NCBI GenBank assembly: GCA_002104905.1
Contig: MCFE01000187.1
Span: 73,614 to 137,613, forward strand
DNA length: 64,000 nucleotides
Direction of reading: 5' to 3'
DNA from: Basidiobolus meristosporus CBS 931.73
Taxonomy: Eukaryota; Fungi; Basidiobolomycota
A program made the position numbers and the translations under genes. Below are positions 1 to 12,739 of this stretch, piece after piece. The first letter of the stretch is position 1. Every line of letters begins with the position of its first letter. The notes below the pieces were generated by a model. The model had not been told where the DNA came from. It made no database searches and worked only from the letters and a program-made list of their open reading frames with translations.

Positions 1-1
1 C

Positions 2-2773
2 GAGTTGGATGAGATCGAGCACGCTCTTCACGATCACCCAAGAGTGGCCAGAGCGTGTGTGATGGCACTGACCACTGACAAGAAGACTAACCGCAAGTCG
101 TTGGTGGCCTTCTTGGCATTCTACGATGTGGGAAGCGAAGCAACAGGGAGTGAGCTGCTAACAGGGCTACACGCAGAGTCGGCCTCTGAATATGTGGAGG
201 AGTTGAGAGCTGTGGTTAGTCAGCGGCTGCCATCGTATATGATTCCAAACATATGGCTACCACTGAATATGATACCGAACAACACCAGCGGAAAAGTGGA
301 TCATCGTAAGCTAGCTGACATCTTTGCAGCTTTCAGCATGAATGACATCTCGATGACTATCAAGGGTGGCATTGAAGCAGTCACTCATTCCGATAGTATC
401 CATGGAAAAATATCTAACGATTTACACGATATAATGCAACCTCGAAATTCAATGCAATTCTTTATTCAGGAGGTATGGTCGAAGGTATTGAAAATTCCAA
501 GAGCCAGCATACGCATCGACCATACCTTCCGCGCTCTAGGCGGAGATTCCATTCTGGCCATCCATGTTTCCTCTGAATGCCGAAAGCATAACATTCAGAT
601 CTCAGTACACAGCATGTTGAAAAATCACACCATCATCCAACTGGCTGAGAACGCCAAAGTGAAAGTATCAGGAAATCAGATGGAGAACTCGTTGAGCCAT
701 GGCGAGGTTCATCTCTCTGCCAATCAACGGATGTTCTTGGAATTCGAGCAGGAGAACTACAACCACTTCAATCAGAGCTGGCTGTTCAGAACGCAGAACC
801 CAACGAACAAGGCCAGTCTCCAATCGGCAGTTGGATACCTCATTCTGAATCATGATATCCTTCGAAGCCGGTTCTCGCGTGCACAGAACGAATGGAAGCT
901 ACGAATTCTATCGCCAAAGGAGATGTCGTTTGAAGTCCACCGTATGCAGGTCCAATCGAGAGACGAATTGAAGGCTTCTGTCCATCATCTTCAGCGTAGC
1001 CTGGATTTGATATCTGGACCTTTGTTCCAATTTGCTCTGTACGACTTACAGGATGGCCAACAGCTGATCTTCATGGCTGTCCATCACTTTATCATCGACC
1101 TTATGTCCTGGGGCCCTATCTGGGAAGAACTTGGACTCTTACTACAAGGGGAACAACCTAGGACCCAGTCAGTATCATATATGCAATGGAACAAGCTACT
1201 CTATGATCATGCCCAAACTCTGGGCATGAGGTCATGGCCTACGCAACCACTGGATCAGCCTATTATCACCGATTCAGCGCTCTTGGCCAAGAATACTGTC
1301 GGAACCGTCCGTTCGATCTCGTTCAAGCTCGACCCTTACTTTACGAAGTTAGCTGAAAGCTGCTGCGGCCCATCTACGAATATGGAAATGACCGATCTGC
1401 TGACTGCCTCCTTGGCATATTCCTACTGTTGTACGTTCGAAAGGGAGTCTCTTTCTGTCACTCTTGAAACGCACGGCCGCCAGTTCGGAGACGAAGATGT
1501 GGATATCTCAAGGACTGTAGGGTGGTTCACCAATTTGTACCCGATTGTGGTACATTTGGGTAAGAACCAACGGATAGACGATGCGATTCGTCAAACCATC
1601 CAGCAGCACCGGGAAATCCGTGGGAACGAAGCGAACTACGGCCTTCTGAGGTATATAAACCAAAGCACCGCTCCATTTTTCGCCAAAGAGCCGCCACAAG
1701 TCACCTTAGGATACCTGCCGAACACTGCAGCTCGTGGCAACCCTAGTTCTTACTTGCTTCCCATTCCAACTGATTCTGAGTACAAATTCGACCTGGGTGG
1801 CATTCCTTCCACATGGAAACGCCACCAGGTATTTAATTGTGTTGCTCAATATGTGGGGGATCAACTTGAGGCCAGTCTAACCTACAGCGAACTGCTTCAT
1901 TCCAAGTCGGAGGTGCAGACTTGGCTCGACCTGTGGGAAACCGAGCTGATATATGCCATCAAGTCGATTTCCAAGGAGGTCCTTTTATCGCACGATCACA
2001 CCCCGCGCTACATTTTACCCTCCGAGAGTGGTGATCTTTCACCCCAATTCGAAGAAAAGTCCTTGGGATATGTTAACAGTGATGACTGTGTAACGTTGAT
2101 CTCGAAGAAAAGTGGCCCGACAATGTTTATCGTACATTGCGCTACTGGGGTGGGCAGCTACTTCCAGCTTTTGGGCCAATATATGAACTGCACCCTGTAT
2201 TCCATCAGTGACCCCACTCTTGGAACCAATGAATCATTTGACTCGGTGGAGACGATCGCCTCAAGATATCTGAAGGCAATTCTTCAGGTACAGCCAGTTG
2301 GGCCTTATTACCTTCACGGATACTCATTCGGCGGTTTGGTTGCCTTCGAGATGGCGCGTCAGCTTGAATGGCGTGGGCATGAAGTTTCGCGATTGACCAT
2401 TATTGACACTCTGGCACCGCATACTGGGCGACAACTTTGGGCCTCGGCCAACCAGAGCTCTGCCCTTGAGTATCTGACCATGATCTCTTCCTCAGGAGAA
2501 TGGTCATTAGACGAGGCAGCCTCTCAAATGATGCTGGAAAAGATCGAGCAGAACACTCAATTGATGAGAAGATATGACCCTTCGATCAAGAAATTGACCA
2601 CGGATATCGTGCTGGTGAAAGGGCTGGATGCTAAAGGTAGACTTGACGAGCAGCAGCCATGCTACGGTTGGTCAGAGTACTCAAGCAACGTGAGTGTCCA
2701 CAGTGTGGACGCTGAACACCACAAGCTAATGTTCGAGCCACATGTTGCCAGAGTTGCCGAGTATCTCCAATAA
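2..2773 (+). CDS. Nonribosomal peptide synthetase, 3' part (A-domain C-terminus, T, epimerization, thioesterase); 5'-truncated by the window edge
   Basis: Frame is open from base 2 (ELDEIEHAL resembles A-domain motif A8). PCP motif LGGDSI. E-domain motifs HHFIIDLMSW, LETHGR, SRTVGWFTNLYP, NYGLLRY. TE motif GYSFGG with a C-terminal His (HHKLMF). No introns evident; normal CpG content. Confidence 0.95.
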   Translation, partial: ELDEIEHALHDHPRVARACVMALTTDKKTNRKSLVAFLAFYDVGSEATGSELLTGLHAESASEYVEELRAVVSQRLPSYMIPNIWLPLNMIPNNTSGKVDHRKLADIFAAFSMNDISMTIKGGIEAVTHSDSIHGKISNDLHDIMQPRNSMQFFIQEVWSKVLKIPRASIRIDHTFRALGGDSILAIHVSSECRKHNIQISVHSMLKNHTIIQLAENAKVKVSGNQMENSLSHGEVHLSANQRMFLEFEQENYNHFNQSWLFRTQNPTNKASLQSAVGYLILNHDILRSRFSRAQNEWKLRILSPKEMSFEVHRMQVQSRDELKASVHHLQRSLDLISGPLFQFALYDLQDGQQLIFMAVHHFIIDLMSWGPIWEELGLLLQGEQPRTQSVSYMQWNKLLYDHAQTLGMRSWPTQPLDQPIITDSALLAKNTVGTVRSISFKLDPYFTKLAESCCGPSTNMEMTDLLTASLAYSYCCTFERESLSVTLETHGRQFGDEDVDISRTVGWFTNLYPIVVHLGKNQRIDDAIRQTIQQHREIRGNEANYGLLRYINQSTAPFFAKEPPQVTLGYLPNTAARGNPSSYLLPIPTDSEYKFDLGGIPSTWKRHQVFNCVAQYVGDQLEASLTYSELLHSKSEVQTWLDLWETELIYAIKSISKEVLLSHDHTPRYILPSESGDLSPQFEEKSLGYVNSDDCVTLISKKSGPTMFIVHCATGVGSYFQLLGQYMNCTLYSISDPTLGTNESFDSVETIASRYLKAILQVQPVGPYYLHGYSFGGLVAFEMARQLEWRGHEVSRLTIIDTLAPHTGRQLWASANQSSALEYLTMISSSGEWSLDEAASQMMLEKIEQNTQLMRRYDPSIKKLTTDIVLVKGLDAKGRLDEQQPCYGWSEYSSNVSVHSVDAEHHKLMFEPHVARVAEYLQ

Positions 2774-2990
2774 GGGACCTTCGCCTGGTTCGATACATCC
2801 GAAATTATTACCAGCCATACTTTGAATTAGGCATACAGCCAACCACCCCGTCATAATAAAAGGTGTTCCAATCAATTGCTCGGTCTTCGCCATCTTTTTG
2901 CTTGGTTGTATTCATTGACCACTAAAGACCCCTTTATTTTGCTACCTTATCAGTAACCGTCATTAATAAACACAAGGTTGGCGGTAAAGC

Positions 2991-4560
2991 AACTGGTCCC
3001 ACATGTGGATCTATTCCTGGTCAGGCATCAAGAACCCATCAGGACACCATTGCAATACTGGCATGTTGGAATTCCAACCCCTCTCAACGGATTTATGTCA
3101 AGATTTTGACGGTGTTTTGCCGTCTGGGTTGCCTTAGATGGTCAGAAACCTGATGGTGTTTGATAGTGTTTATGTGGGCTTCCCATGGCTATACGTAGAC
3201 CGTACCGCATTTTGGTGGTACCAAACAGGCAAATATTACTGACTACCCAATATGATAAATCCTTGAAGGTGACTTAACAGTCTCCAAGTGGGCTTCTAAT
3301 GGCCTAATATAGACCCAATGGGTGTTAACAACTTCTACTGTATATTGCCACTCTAGCAATTCACCAAATGGTACAACCCTTTTCTACCTCTCCTTATGCC
3401 ATATGTATAGTACTGTGAAGTCATGACTCTTCATTACTTACCAAATACAACAATGGGTATTTCACATCAGGTCTGTTCCAAAGAAGATCATTGCTTGCTG
3501 CTTATATATCTCATTGTGTGTGCACACCAGCTGCAATTGACAACATCCATTATCTGGGCTTTGCTGTATGGTAGTGTGATGCTTGCAAATATACACTTTG
3601 CTTCTATCACCTTTGCAACACCTACTTGTTGAGTTAGTTCCTTGCAATGGTGCACTCCCTTTCTTCTTCAAAAGACATTGAAGCCCACATACTTGAAAGA
3701 AGCCTGGCATCATCTGGTAAGGGCTTGCTGATACCAAAATGGTTGCTTGTTCCATCAAGCCAAACCTTTCTTTGCCCAGCTTACTATTGTGATATAGGGG
3801 CTGTTGAGCTTTTGAACACTCAAGGACCATGTGTGTTTTTAAATATATCTGGGCTTCTTATTTTTGACTCTGGCTGATTTGTTTGCATCTTCCAGCTCAT
3901 CACATTCATGGCAGAAGCAACTGCAACTTTCTGGATGAGACTGAAGTACAACAGAACTTGCAACATGCTTTTTGTTTCAATCTCTGCTCACAGTTGCACC
4001 ATAACCTGGGAGAATTGCAAGCTTGGAGTTCATCAGATTCTCAGCTCACATTCTGCTGGTGCACTGATGCATAGTATTCAGCTGGTGCTCTTCCTTCAAA
4101 TTTGTAGCGGTAATGTTTGGTGGAAGTAGTGAGCTGCCAATTAACTGGTTGGGTAGGAATGCTAGTTTGCCCAGTCTCCTAAAAAGTATGTCTGCCTGCC
4201 CACCCAGCAGCTAGTACCCACAATATTGAGAGTTGTCAGTTTTGACAAACTTGGAATTTAGCTGATATTACATTGGCATTCTACAGAACTTTTCTTCATT
4301 TTTTCTCAGGGAAAAGAAACTAGCACAAAGTAAAACATGGTCCTGTCCACTCAATGCACTGGGAAAAGATGAAGTAGCCAACATGTGTTTCTAACATCAG
4401 TCATCCCTCACTAAAAGTATGATAACTTTCCTCTTACCCAAGATATTGGAAAACACTTAATTCCTGGCCTATAATCCATCAAAAGGGGCTCCTTCAGTGG
4501 CAACAGGTTCCTAGTTCCTGTGTAATGTAGGGAATGATACTTTGCCGCTCAAAGAGTCAG
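2991..4560 (-). pseudogene. Diverged-subfamily CACTA/EnSpm-like transposase remnant (3' part)
   Basis: Minus-strand IETKSMLQVLLYFSLIQKVAVASAMNVMSW aligns with EIGRQVKSQVLPYPNLIKNITFKSVMNVMSW of the other copies. Subterminal motif ggtcccacatgtggatc at ~2995. Many stops; boundaries approximate. Confidence 0.6.
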
Positions 4561-4663
4561 GTACTTTGATGGAGCTGTCAAGGTGGACTCCAAAGAATAT
4601 CACAGTTTTGTTTTGGATAATAGCTAGTTACTTGTGGTCAAGTCACAAGCTTCCTATGTTTAT

Positions 4664-6917
4664 GCCTATGAGCAATGATTTGGTCCCATGGGTGGATCCA
4701 ATCCAGATCAGCTATCACAATCCTGTCAGGAGACCATTATAATACCAGCTGCTTGGGCAGTGCTTTGCCAAGGGTGGCATGGCATTGTTGTGTTCTTAAT
4801 GCACTCTAGATCTACCTGAGTGGATCTAACTGGCCGGTACATCCAATTGCCTTATATAGCAAAATACTTGATGGTGCTTTGACAGCCTCATTGCAAGCCT
4901 CTGATGGCATTATTGTGGTAGTATGGTGGCCTACAGCTAGTTCTGTATAGTACTACTGTACCAATTTACCAAGTGGTATTTCCTTTTTCTACCTCTCCTT
5001 GCGCAACTCATATATTCCACTGCAGAATCAGCCCTCTTTATTTGCTTACCCACCACTGCCTTAGGTATTCCACATATAGTTCAAATCAAAAAGAACTGTG
5101 GTCTCCTGCTTACTAGTCTCTTCAAACATGCACACCTGCCGCAATTAACATACTTCTATCACTTCACTTTACATCTTTTAGCATAATACTCATAAAGCTG
5201 CCACATAACTTGTACTCCTGGTAACATATACATTTTACAAACATGTGCTTAGTTGCTACCACTTCTGCCATGAATATCTCCTCAATACCTGCAAAGAACT
5301 TATTGGTGAGCCAACATACTCCTTCTCACTGATAGACTTTTGTCCCCCTTATAGGTGAGCTCTGGCTCTTGTTTGTTTGAGTTCTGTATTGAATGGTGTA
5401 GAAATAGGCTTGTGACCCTGACCAAGACCTAGAGAAACCCAGCATACTTTAGTGGAGTTTTCCTAATAAAAGTTAGTTGCTTGTTGCACCCAACCCAACT
5501 TTGCATTACTTGCCTGATTACCCATGCCTTGGGGCAGCTTAGCTTCTTAATGCCATAGGCATAGGTGTTTCCATGTGCACATCTGTCCTCTGTATTTTCC
5601 AACTCTTTGTAGCTGTCCTCCATGTGCCAACTCATTACATCCATGACAGACTTGAAGGTAATATTCTTGATGTAATTGGGATATGGTAGTGCCTACAGCT
5701 TGACCTGGCTTCCTATTGCCCCTCACATTGGCTCCATAGGGAACTCCCCAAAGGTGAAGCAAGGCACAATATTCTCCTCACACCAAGCAAGATGGAGTAG
5801 AAAATGGATACAGTAGCAGCAGAGATCTGCATGTTCAGCTTTATGTTTGTGGTATAGTCGCTCAAATCCCGTCACAAACTTCTTGCAAACAAGCTGTAGA
5901 TGCATCAAGCTGGCATTGGTAATCAGCTTCTGGGTAAATATTCCTACAATGTCAACATATAACTCCAAATGCATCCAATGTACTCTTGGTAGAAATGGCT
6001 TTGGAAGGTCACTTGAACAAATACATATCCAGTTCATCAAGTCCTTGCACTTGTATTGCTGTATATGCATATGACTACTGATTAGAGTTTCTGAGAAGTA
6101 CTTAGGGTAGCAGATACTCTGTAATATTGAGCCAATTCTTTTAGATCATTCTGGAATCTTGAAGCGCTTATTTAGCTTGAAATGCCCTATGTACAACTTG
6201 GTTATCAGTATAGAAATATTGTTGAAAAACAAGTGCGCTGCTCCCAGTGAAAATCTTTTGTTCCAACAGATACCCTCAGTCTTAAGTATCTCCAGCTTCT
6301 AATTAATTCATATTCTGCCTAATGGCTTATAGCTTGCCAACTTTGCTGCAATTGCATACTGACTTCTATATGATCTCTCCGTGGAAAGATGATTTTGTTA
6401 GTGTTGGTGTTTGGTAATAGCAACATGTGTAGGTAATGGAGTAAGTACCCTAGATCTCATACATTTGAAAGTAATACTATCCATTGTGCCAGAAAAGCTG
6501 GCAATTTTGCTGATGGCTGGGGTATCTCCAATGAAATAATTATATGTGGTTTGACATGACAACCATTTACTGTTATCTTGCTGGAAAGCATGCAAGATTC
6601 ATCCAGCAATGGATACAGGTAGCTATCCAGGTTGGATGGTGATTTAGATCTAGATACCAGTGAGACTACCATCCAACCTCTGCTCTGATAATATAAGATA
6701 GGTGGCAGATTCAGGTTGATGAGATTCAGTGCCAGCAGGATTTGCTAGTAGAGTAATTCTTTAATGAGACTCCATGAAGTGACAAGGCAAAGATATGGCC
6801 ATACATACCTTCAAAGTAGCCCTTGCTTCTTAGCTGTTTGTAATGCTTGGCATCAAATATATCAGATATGTTTGTGCTTGATTGATACTGAGTGCAGTAC
6901 TGTATAGCTTTGCAATA
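4664..6917 (-). mobile_element. CACTA-like element copy (transposase 3'-side terminus plus decayed transposase), interrupted at 6917 by the next copy
   Basis: Terminus gcctatgagcaatgatttggtcc. Transposase fragments SKSPSNLDSYLYPLLDE and IGDTPAISK. Confidence 0.75.
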
Positions 6918-7189
6918 TTCTATGAAAAATAATTTGGTCCTGCAGGTGGATCTGATCCAGATCAGCTGTCAGGATCCTGTTTAGAGACCATCATAATACC
7001 AGCAGCTTGGAATTAGTGACCCTCCTAACAATCTTATGATGGGATCACAACGGTGTTTTGCAAATTTTATAACCAAATAAAGGGACAAACTTGACAAGAT
7101 TTAATAGGTGATGTAACAATATTTGCATGGTATTATTGTGGTCTTTTAGTGCTCTATAACTATTTTAAGTGGATCCAATTGGCCAGGAC

Positions 7190-9888
7190 ATTCAATTGCC
7201 TTATATGGCAAGAAATTTGACAGTATTGCAACAGCCTCACAGCAAGACTCTGATGGCATTATATTAGCAATATGATGGCCTACAGCCAGTTCTGTATAAT
7301 GTTACCATGCCAATTTACCAAATGATATTTCCTTTTTCTACCTCCCCTTGTGCAATTCATATATTCCACTGTATAATCACCCCTCTTTATTGGCTTACCC
7401 ACTACTACCTTGGGTATTCCACATATAGTTTGAATCAAAAATACTATGGCCTCCTGCTTACTAGCCACCACAAACGCACACACCTACTGCAATTGACATA
7501 CTTCTATCACCTCAACTTTACAGCTTTTTAGTGTGATACTTGCAAAGTTGCCATATGCCTTGTACTGCTGGTGACATATATATCTTGCAAACATATGCTT
7601 GGTTGTTGCCACTTCTGCCATGAATACCTCCAGAATATCTGCAAAGAACTTCTTGGTATTTAGCCAATATATTCCTTCTCCCTGCTAGATTCTAGTCCCC
7701 CTTATAGATGCTCTCTAGCTTTTGTTTGTGTGAATTCTGTATTGAATGGTGTAGATGTTGGCTTGTGATCATGAGAAATCTGACATACCTTTGTAGAGCT
7801 TTTCTAATAAAAATTAGTTGCTTGTTGCACCCAACCCAACTTTGCATTACTTAACTGATTACCCACACATTGAGGCTGCTTAGCTTCTTAATGCCACTGG
7901 CATAGGTGTCTCTATGAGCACATTTGTACTTGGTATTTTCCAACCCTTCCTGGCTGTCCTCTATGTGTCAACTTATCACATCCATGACAGACTTGAAGGT
8001 AGTATTTTTGATGAGATTGGGATATGGTAGTACCTATGACTTGACTTGTCTTCCTATCTCCCCACACATACACTCCATAGGAAACTCCCAAAAGGTGAAG
8101 CAAGGCACAATATTCTCCAAACACTGTGCAAGATGGAGTAGAGAATGGATACAGTAGCAGCAGAGATCTACACATTCAGCTTTATGTTTGTAGTATAGCT
8201 GCTCATATACCCTCACACTCCTCACACAACAGCTTTAGATGCATCAAGTTGGCATTGGTGATCCTCTTCTGGATAAATATTCCTACAATGTCCACATACA
8301 ACTCCCATTGCCTCCAATGTACTCTTGGTAGGAATGGCTTCAGAACACCACTTGAATACACATATTTACAGTTCATCCAGTCTTTGAATTGTATTGTTGC
8401 ATCTGTGTATGAATATTAATTGGAGCATGTGAGAAGTACTTAGGGTAGTAGATACTCTGTAATGTCTTGCCAATTCTTTCAGATTTCTCTGGTATCCTGA
8501 AGGGTAATTTAGCTTGAAATGCCCCATGTACAACTTGGTCATCAGTATAGGGATATTGTCGAAAAGCAATTGCATCGCTCTCAGTGGAAAGCTTTTGCTC
8601 CAACAGATACCCTCTATCTTAGGTATCTCTGGCTTCCAATTGATTCCATATTCTGGCCAATGGCTGATAGCTTGCCAACTTTGCTGCAATTATGTGCGGA
8701 CTTCTGTATGTTCTCTCTGTGGAAAGATGATGTTCTTAGTGCTGGTGTTTTGGTAATAATAATGTGTGTGAGTTATGGAGTAAATTTCCTGGATATCACA
8801 CATTGGATAGCAATACTGTCCATTATATCCAGAAAATCCTACTATCTTGCTGATGGCTAGGGTATCTCCAATGCAAATAATATTATACACTTTACATGGT
8901 AGCCATTTACTGTTATCCCACTTGAAAGCATGCAAAATTCATCTAGCAATGGATATAGGTAGCTATCAGGGTTGGACAGTGATTTAGGCTCAGATACCAG
9001 TGAGACTACTATCAGATTATTTCTCTGATACTGTAAGATGGCTAGCAGACTCAGATTGATGAGAATCAGTGGCCAGCAGGATTTGCTAGTGTACTTGTTT
9101 AATGAGAATCCATCAATTGCTAAAGCAAAGGCATAGTCAAACCTATCTTCAAAGCAGCCCTTGCTTCTTAGCTGTTTGTAATGTTTGCCATCAAAGATAT
9201 TGTGCCATGCAGCTGTGAACATATGCTGGAATCCGGACAGTCTCTTGATCATAAGTTGCTAGCCGCATGACGGTTGCCTACTTGTACCAGGTACATGGTA
9301 AGTTGCATCCTGGTATGATTTGGCAAGAAGTAGTGATAAATCCTTGATGCCCCCATTGCTGATATTAGTGGAAATGTGCCACTTCTCTAGCCACAACATT
9401 AAATCATTCACATGTAGATGGATTACTGGGCTCACTTGGTGCCATAAAGTATCCTTGGTACTTGTTTCAGGAGGTGCTGTCTCATTGTACATAGGGATTT
9501 GACCAGGCTTGTATGTGGTACTGCTGTTAGGGGAGATAGGCTCAAAATCCATCAGTGAATCTTCTTTGTTAGAGCTATCATTCTTTGTGCCATATTCAGA
9601 AGGCTGAGGCTAGCCTAAAGGTGTCACAAACTCACCTGACTCAGCTTGTGCAAGGTGACAAAAATGGCCAGGTGCCAGTACAGAAGTATCAACTGGCCGG
9701 CAAGATAGTGTTGGTACAGTAGTGACCAATGAATGGTCAAGTATGACTTGGGTAGCAAAACACTGGTTGTGATCCTTGTAATACTTCCTATGCTCTCTGC
9801 ATGCTTCATGGCTAAGAGGCTTGCCACAATAGCCACATGGTATTTTTTCTCTTCTCTTATGGCATTGAGTCAAAGTAGTCTTGTCCAT
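7190..9888 (-). pseudogene. Tnp2/Transposase_21-type (CACTA/EnSpm) transposase pseudogene
   Basis: Fragments FALAIDGF..SKSCWPLILINLSL..SLVSEPKS..DSYLYPLLDEF and IGDTLAISKIVGFSGYNGQYC, characteristic of fungal Tnp2-like transposases. N-terminal Cys/His segment CGYCGKPLSHEACREH. 3' end approximate. Confidence 0.85.
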
Positions 9889-10109
9889 GGGGCAAGCGTT
9901 TTGACCTTCAACAATTTAATGCTATTATATCAGTTTTTGGTCAATACTCATGTGAACTTAAGACAGTCTTGTACTTAAGGCATTGCACTTACATGAATGT
10001 AAGATTCAATGATGACTAGCCATAGTAAGCATTTAAATAAAGCTGTGGCACCACATACTCATATATATGTAACAACATTTTCACTTTGGCTTGACTCACT
10101 TGCAATTAT

Positions 10110-12443
10110 TTGCTGCCAAAAAATTAAGCAATGTTGTCTGGTTCTTGACCAAACCCCACTGCTGACAGCAATAGAAGAATGGTTGGACAACAGATTGCTT
10201 TGACATTCAGTGCAACTAGTGGGGCTACATCCAAAAAAGGCCCTGTGAACAGTGTGCCCATTGAAGGTAATAATCAGACTCCTCAGGCTCTCAGTCAAGT
10301 AGGTAAATGAGAACCTCTGCAGAGCCACAAGCTGACCATTATGCACAGGCAGATAAGAATGTAGCAAACAGAGTCCCCTCAGCTAAAGACCAGCAAGTGG
10401 CTAGGATAACATCACCACCACCTTTATTAGCAAGTATGTTGTCAGCTCATATCAAAGAATTGATTAAGCAATACCAGATTAAGGAATTTATAAAGATACA
10501 AATGGGGCAACACTATACAAATTTGGTAACAGGGAACAATTTTTTGCATTTTTAATATTTACAAAGTTGGGTTGTAGTTACCAGATTAGGGAATTTATAA
10601 GATACAAATGCGGTGACACTATACAAATTTGGTGACAAGGAAGAAAAAATTGCATCTTTAATATTTACAAAGTTGGGTCGTAGTTACCGGATTAGGGAAT
10701 TTATAAAAATACAAATGCGGTGACACTATACAAAATAAGTATTAGGGAGTAAATAATTGTATCTTTAACAATTTACAAAGTGGCTGATAGGATAAATGCA
10801 ATGGCCCAGAAAAATCAGAAAATAGTCCCAAAACAGGATGAGTAGATTATGTGTGTAGAGCAATCAATGTCCCCATCAGAGAAAGCAGTATCTTTGCTGC
10901 AAAGAAAGAACTCAAGTAGCTCAAAGTCATAGCCAAGAATTGAGCCATTTCCCAATGTAACAGCAGAGGAACACTGTACAGTCTTTGAAGCACAACAACA
11001 GTGCCTAAATATTGAGCCCACAAAAAACCTATCACAGAGTAGGAGGGGAACAATGTGGTGTTTATACTAAATCCTAAAAATCAGAAGCCATTGAAGATCT
11101 GTGAAGGTGCTGAGAGCAACAAAGAAGAGTGGGCTGATATACAATAGTGTGTCAGAAGTCTAGCATGCCATAACCTTAAGGCTGGCCTACCATGGGACCA
11201 TCAGAAACTTAAGGCCAAACAGAATGCACTTGACTTGTTCCATGAGCATTATCCTGGATTCAAACAGGCACACAGATTTGGGCCAGCATTGGTATGCTAA
11301 GAAAGTATCTTAAGAATAGCAGAAACTATCAAAGGCAGAAGAACAAGGGGGCCATGGCTAAAAACCAACAGGTTCCTCAAGTGCCCATCAAAAGCAGGGT
11401 CAAATGCTCCAGACAAGTGTCAAAGAGATGTCAGGTAGCTTGAAGAGTGCCAATTAGGTACAAGCAGGCAGAAACAGATGCCCCTGCACAACATTTGTCA
11501 AGCAAAAAGTGTAGTACCACTCAAGAAGCACCCAGTCAAAGTAGCAGTGAAGGACCTGGCAGTGACAGAAGCCAGCCACTTTCATAGGAGCCCATCACAA
11601 CTACAGTTGGAGCTCAAAACAAGCAGAAAAGAAACATCAGGTTGACAGAAGAGTGCCAGTAAGGGACAAGCAGGCCAAAACAGAGGTGTTGGAGCAGAAT
11701 ATATCAAGGAGAAAACTTAGTTCCTTACAAGTAGCACTCAGATAAAGTGGCAGTGAAAGACCTAGCAGCAACAAAGGAAAAGGTAAAGGGAGAAATGTCT
11801 ACCCAAGCCTGAGACAGGGAGGTATGCAAAACAAATGCTGTTCTTGCCAATTAGCGCCACAAGCCTAGAACAAACTGAATCCCATCATAGCCAAGAGGAA
11901 TTACCAAGAAGAAAACAGCTGTTTTCACAAGAGTTGGAAGTGCAGCCAATTGAGCTACACTCCAGCAAGGTAGATGAATTTGTTGAAAAAGGCAATTAAT
12001 CTACCACAGCCTCCACATCCTCCATTGTTGACAGAGTGCAGATCCCACTTACAGACAAGGCTACAACAACAAAAGCCTAAAAGACTCTCACAATGCCTTC
12101 AGTGGAATTTTGGAACATTAATAAGCACACCAAGAGGTTGCAGCACTTCTTCAAGAGCAGTGTTCAAGAAAATGCACTTGAATATTGCAAGGATTTATTG
12201 CAAAGACTGGCAGGTGAGGTGCTAGACCTTGCAGTGCTGACTGAAGACCAGGATGTGTGGGAACCAGTGATTGAACAGTGGCATAAAGCCGTTGGGTTTC
12301 TGCCAAAGTTGTGGAACCAGAGTGTTACAGCAGATATACTTATTGAGTGTTGAGTTGGGCTGAATGTTAGTGTAGGGTATAGGGACTTGTATAGGTCAAT
12401 ACAATTGGCAATTGAGGTACAACTGAAGTTTCAATGGAAATAA
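10110..12443 (+). pseudogene. CACTA-like element second gene (unknown function), decayed
   Basis: Homologous to 41888-45031 and, reversed, to 19450-20400/25344-25740. Conserved blocks LKAKQNALDLFHEHYPGFK and MPSVEFWNINKHTKRLQHFFKS..YCKDLLQRLA. True start uncertain. Confidence 0.65.
10472..10780. repeat. Tandem repeat, 3 x ~106 bp, inserted in the CACTA second gene
   Basis: Units start taccagatt/taccggatt at 10472, 10579 and 10685. Absent from the homologous position at ~42250. Confidence 0.9.
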
Positions 12444-12739
12444 ATCAATTTGTGTGCATGAAAAGTAAAAGAAACAGTTGAGTCAGCAAGTAATGAGTGT
12501 GAAAAAGAGGCAACAGCCAATCAATGCACACAAATGTAGGAGGCAATAGAGTGTCTGGGATCTGAAAGTGCGCAAATTGGCAGGGAACTAATCAGAAGCC
12601 ACTTCTACATTGTTGTGATGAGAAATTTTGACTAAGTTTTTGGTAAAATGTGGGGTGCAATTATTTTCCAATGGTCTCTAGAAAGTGTCCTGACAGGATC
12701 AGTACCTCTTAGTCACAGGACTTTAGCTTTGTGACAGCA

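Larger units (their letters stand above)
6918..12732. mobile_element. Near full-length CACTA-like element (transposase on -, second gene on +); last ~30 bp of the right end missing
   Basis: Left terminus ttctatgaaaaataatttggtcc. Right subterminal region (12640-12732) matches 48920-49030. Confidence 0.8.

Noticed and set aside
2-2773. Calling the NRPS ACV synthetase (pcbAB)
   Set aside because: Only the terminal architecture matches. I do not recognise ACVS-specific sequence, and the upstream modules are outside the window.
10472-10780. CRISPR array or telomeric repeat (units contain TTAGGG once)
   Set aside because: The units are contiguous with no unique spacers, there are no cas genes, the context is eukaryotic, and TTAGGG is not tandem.
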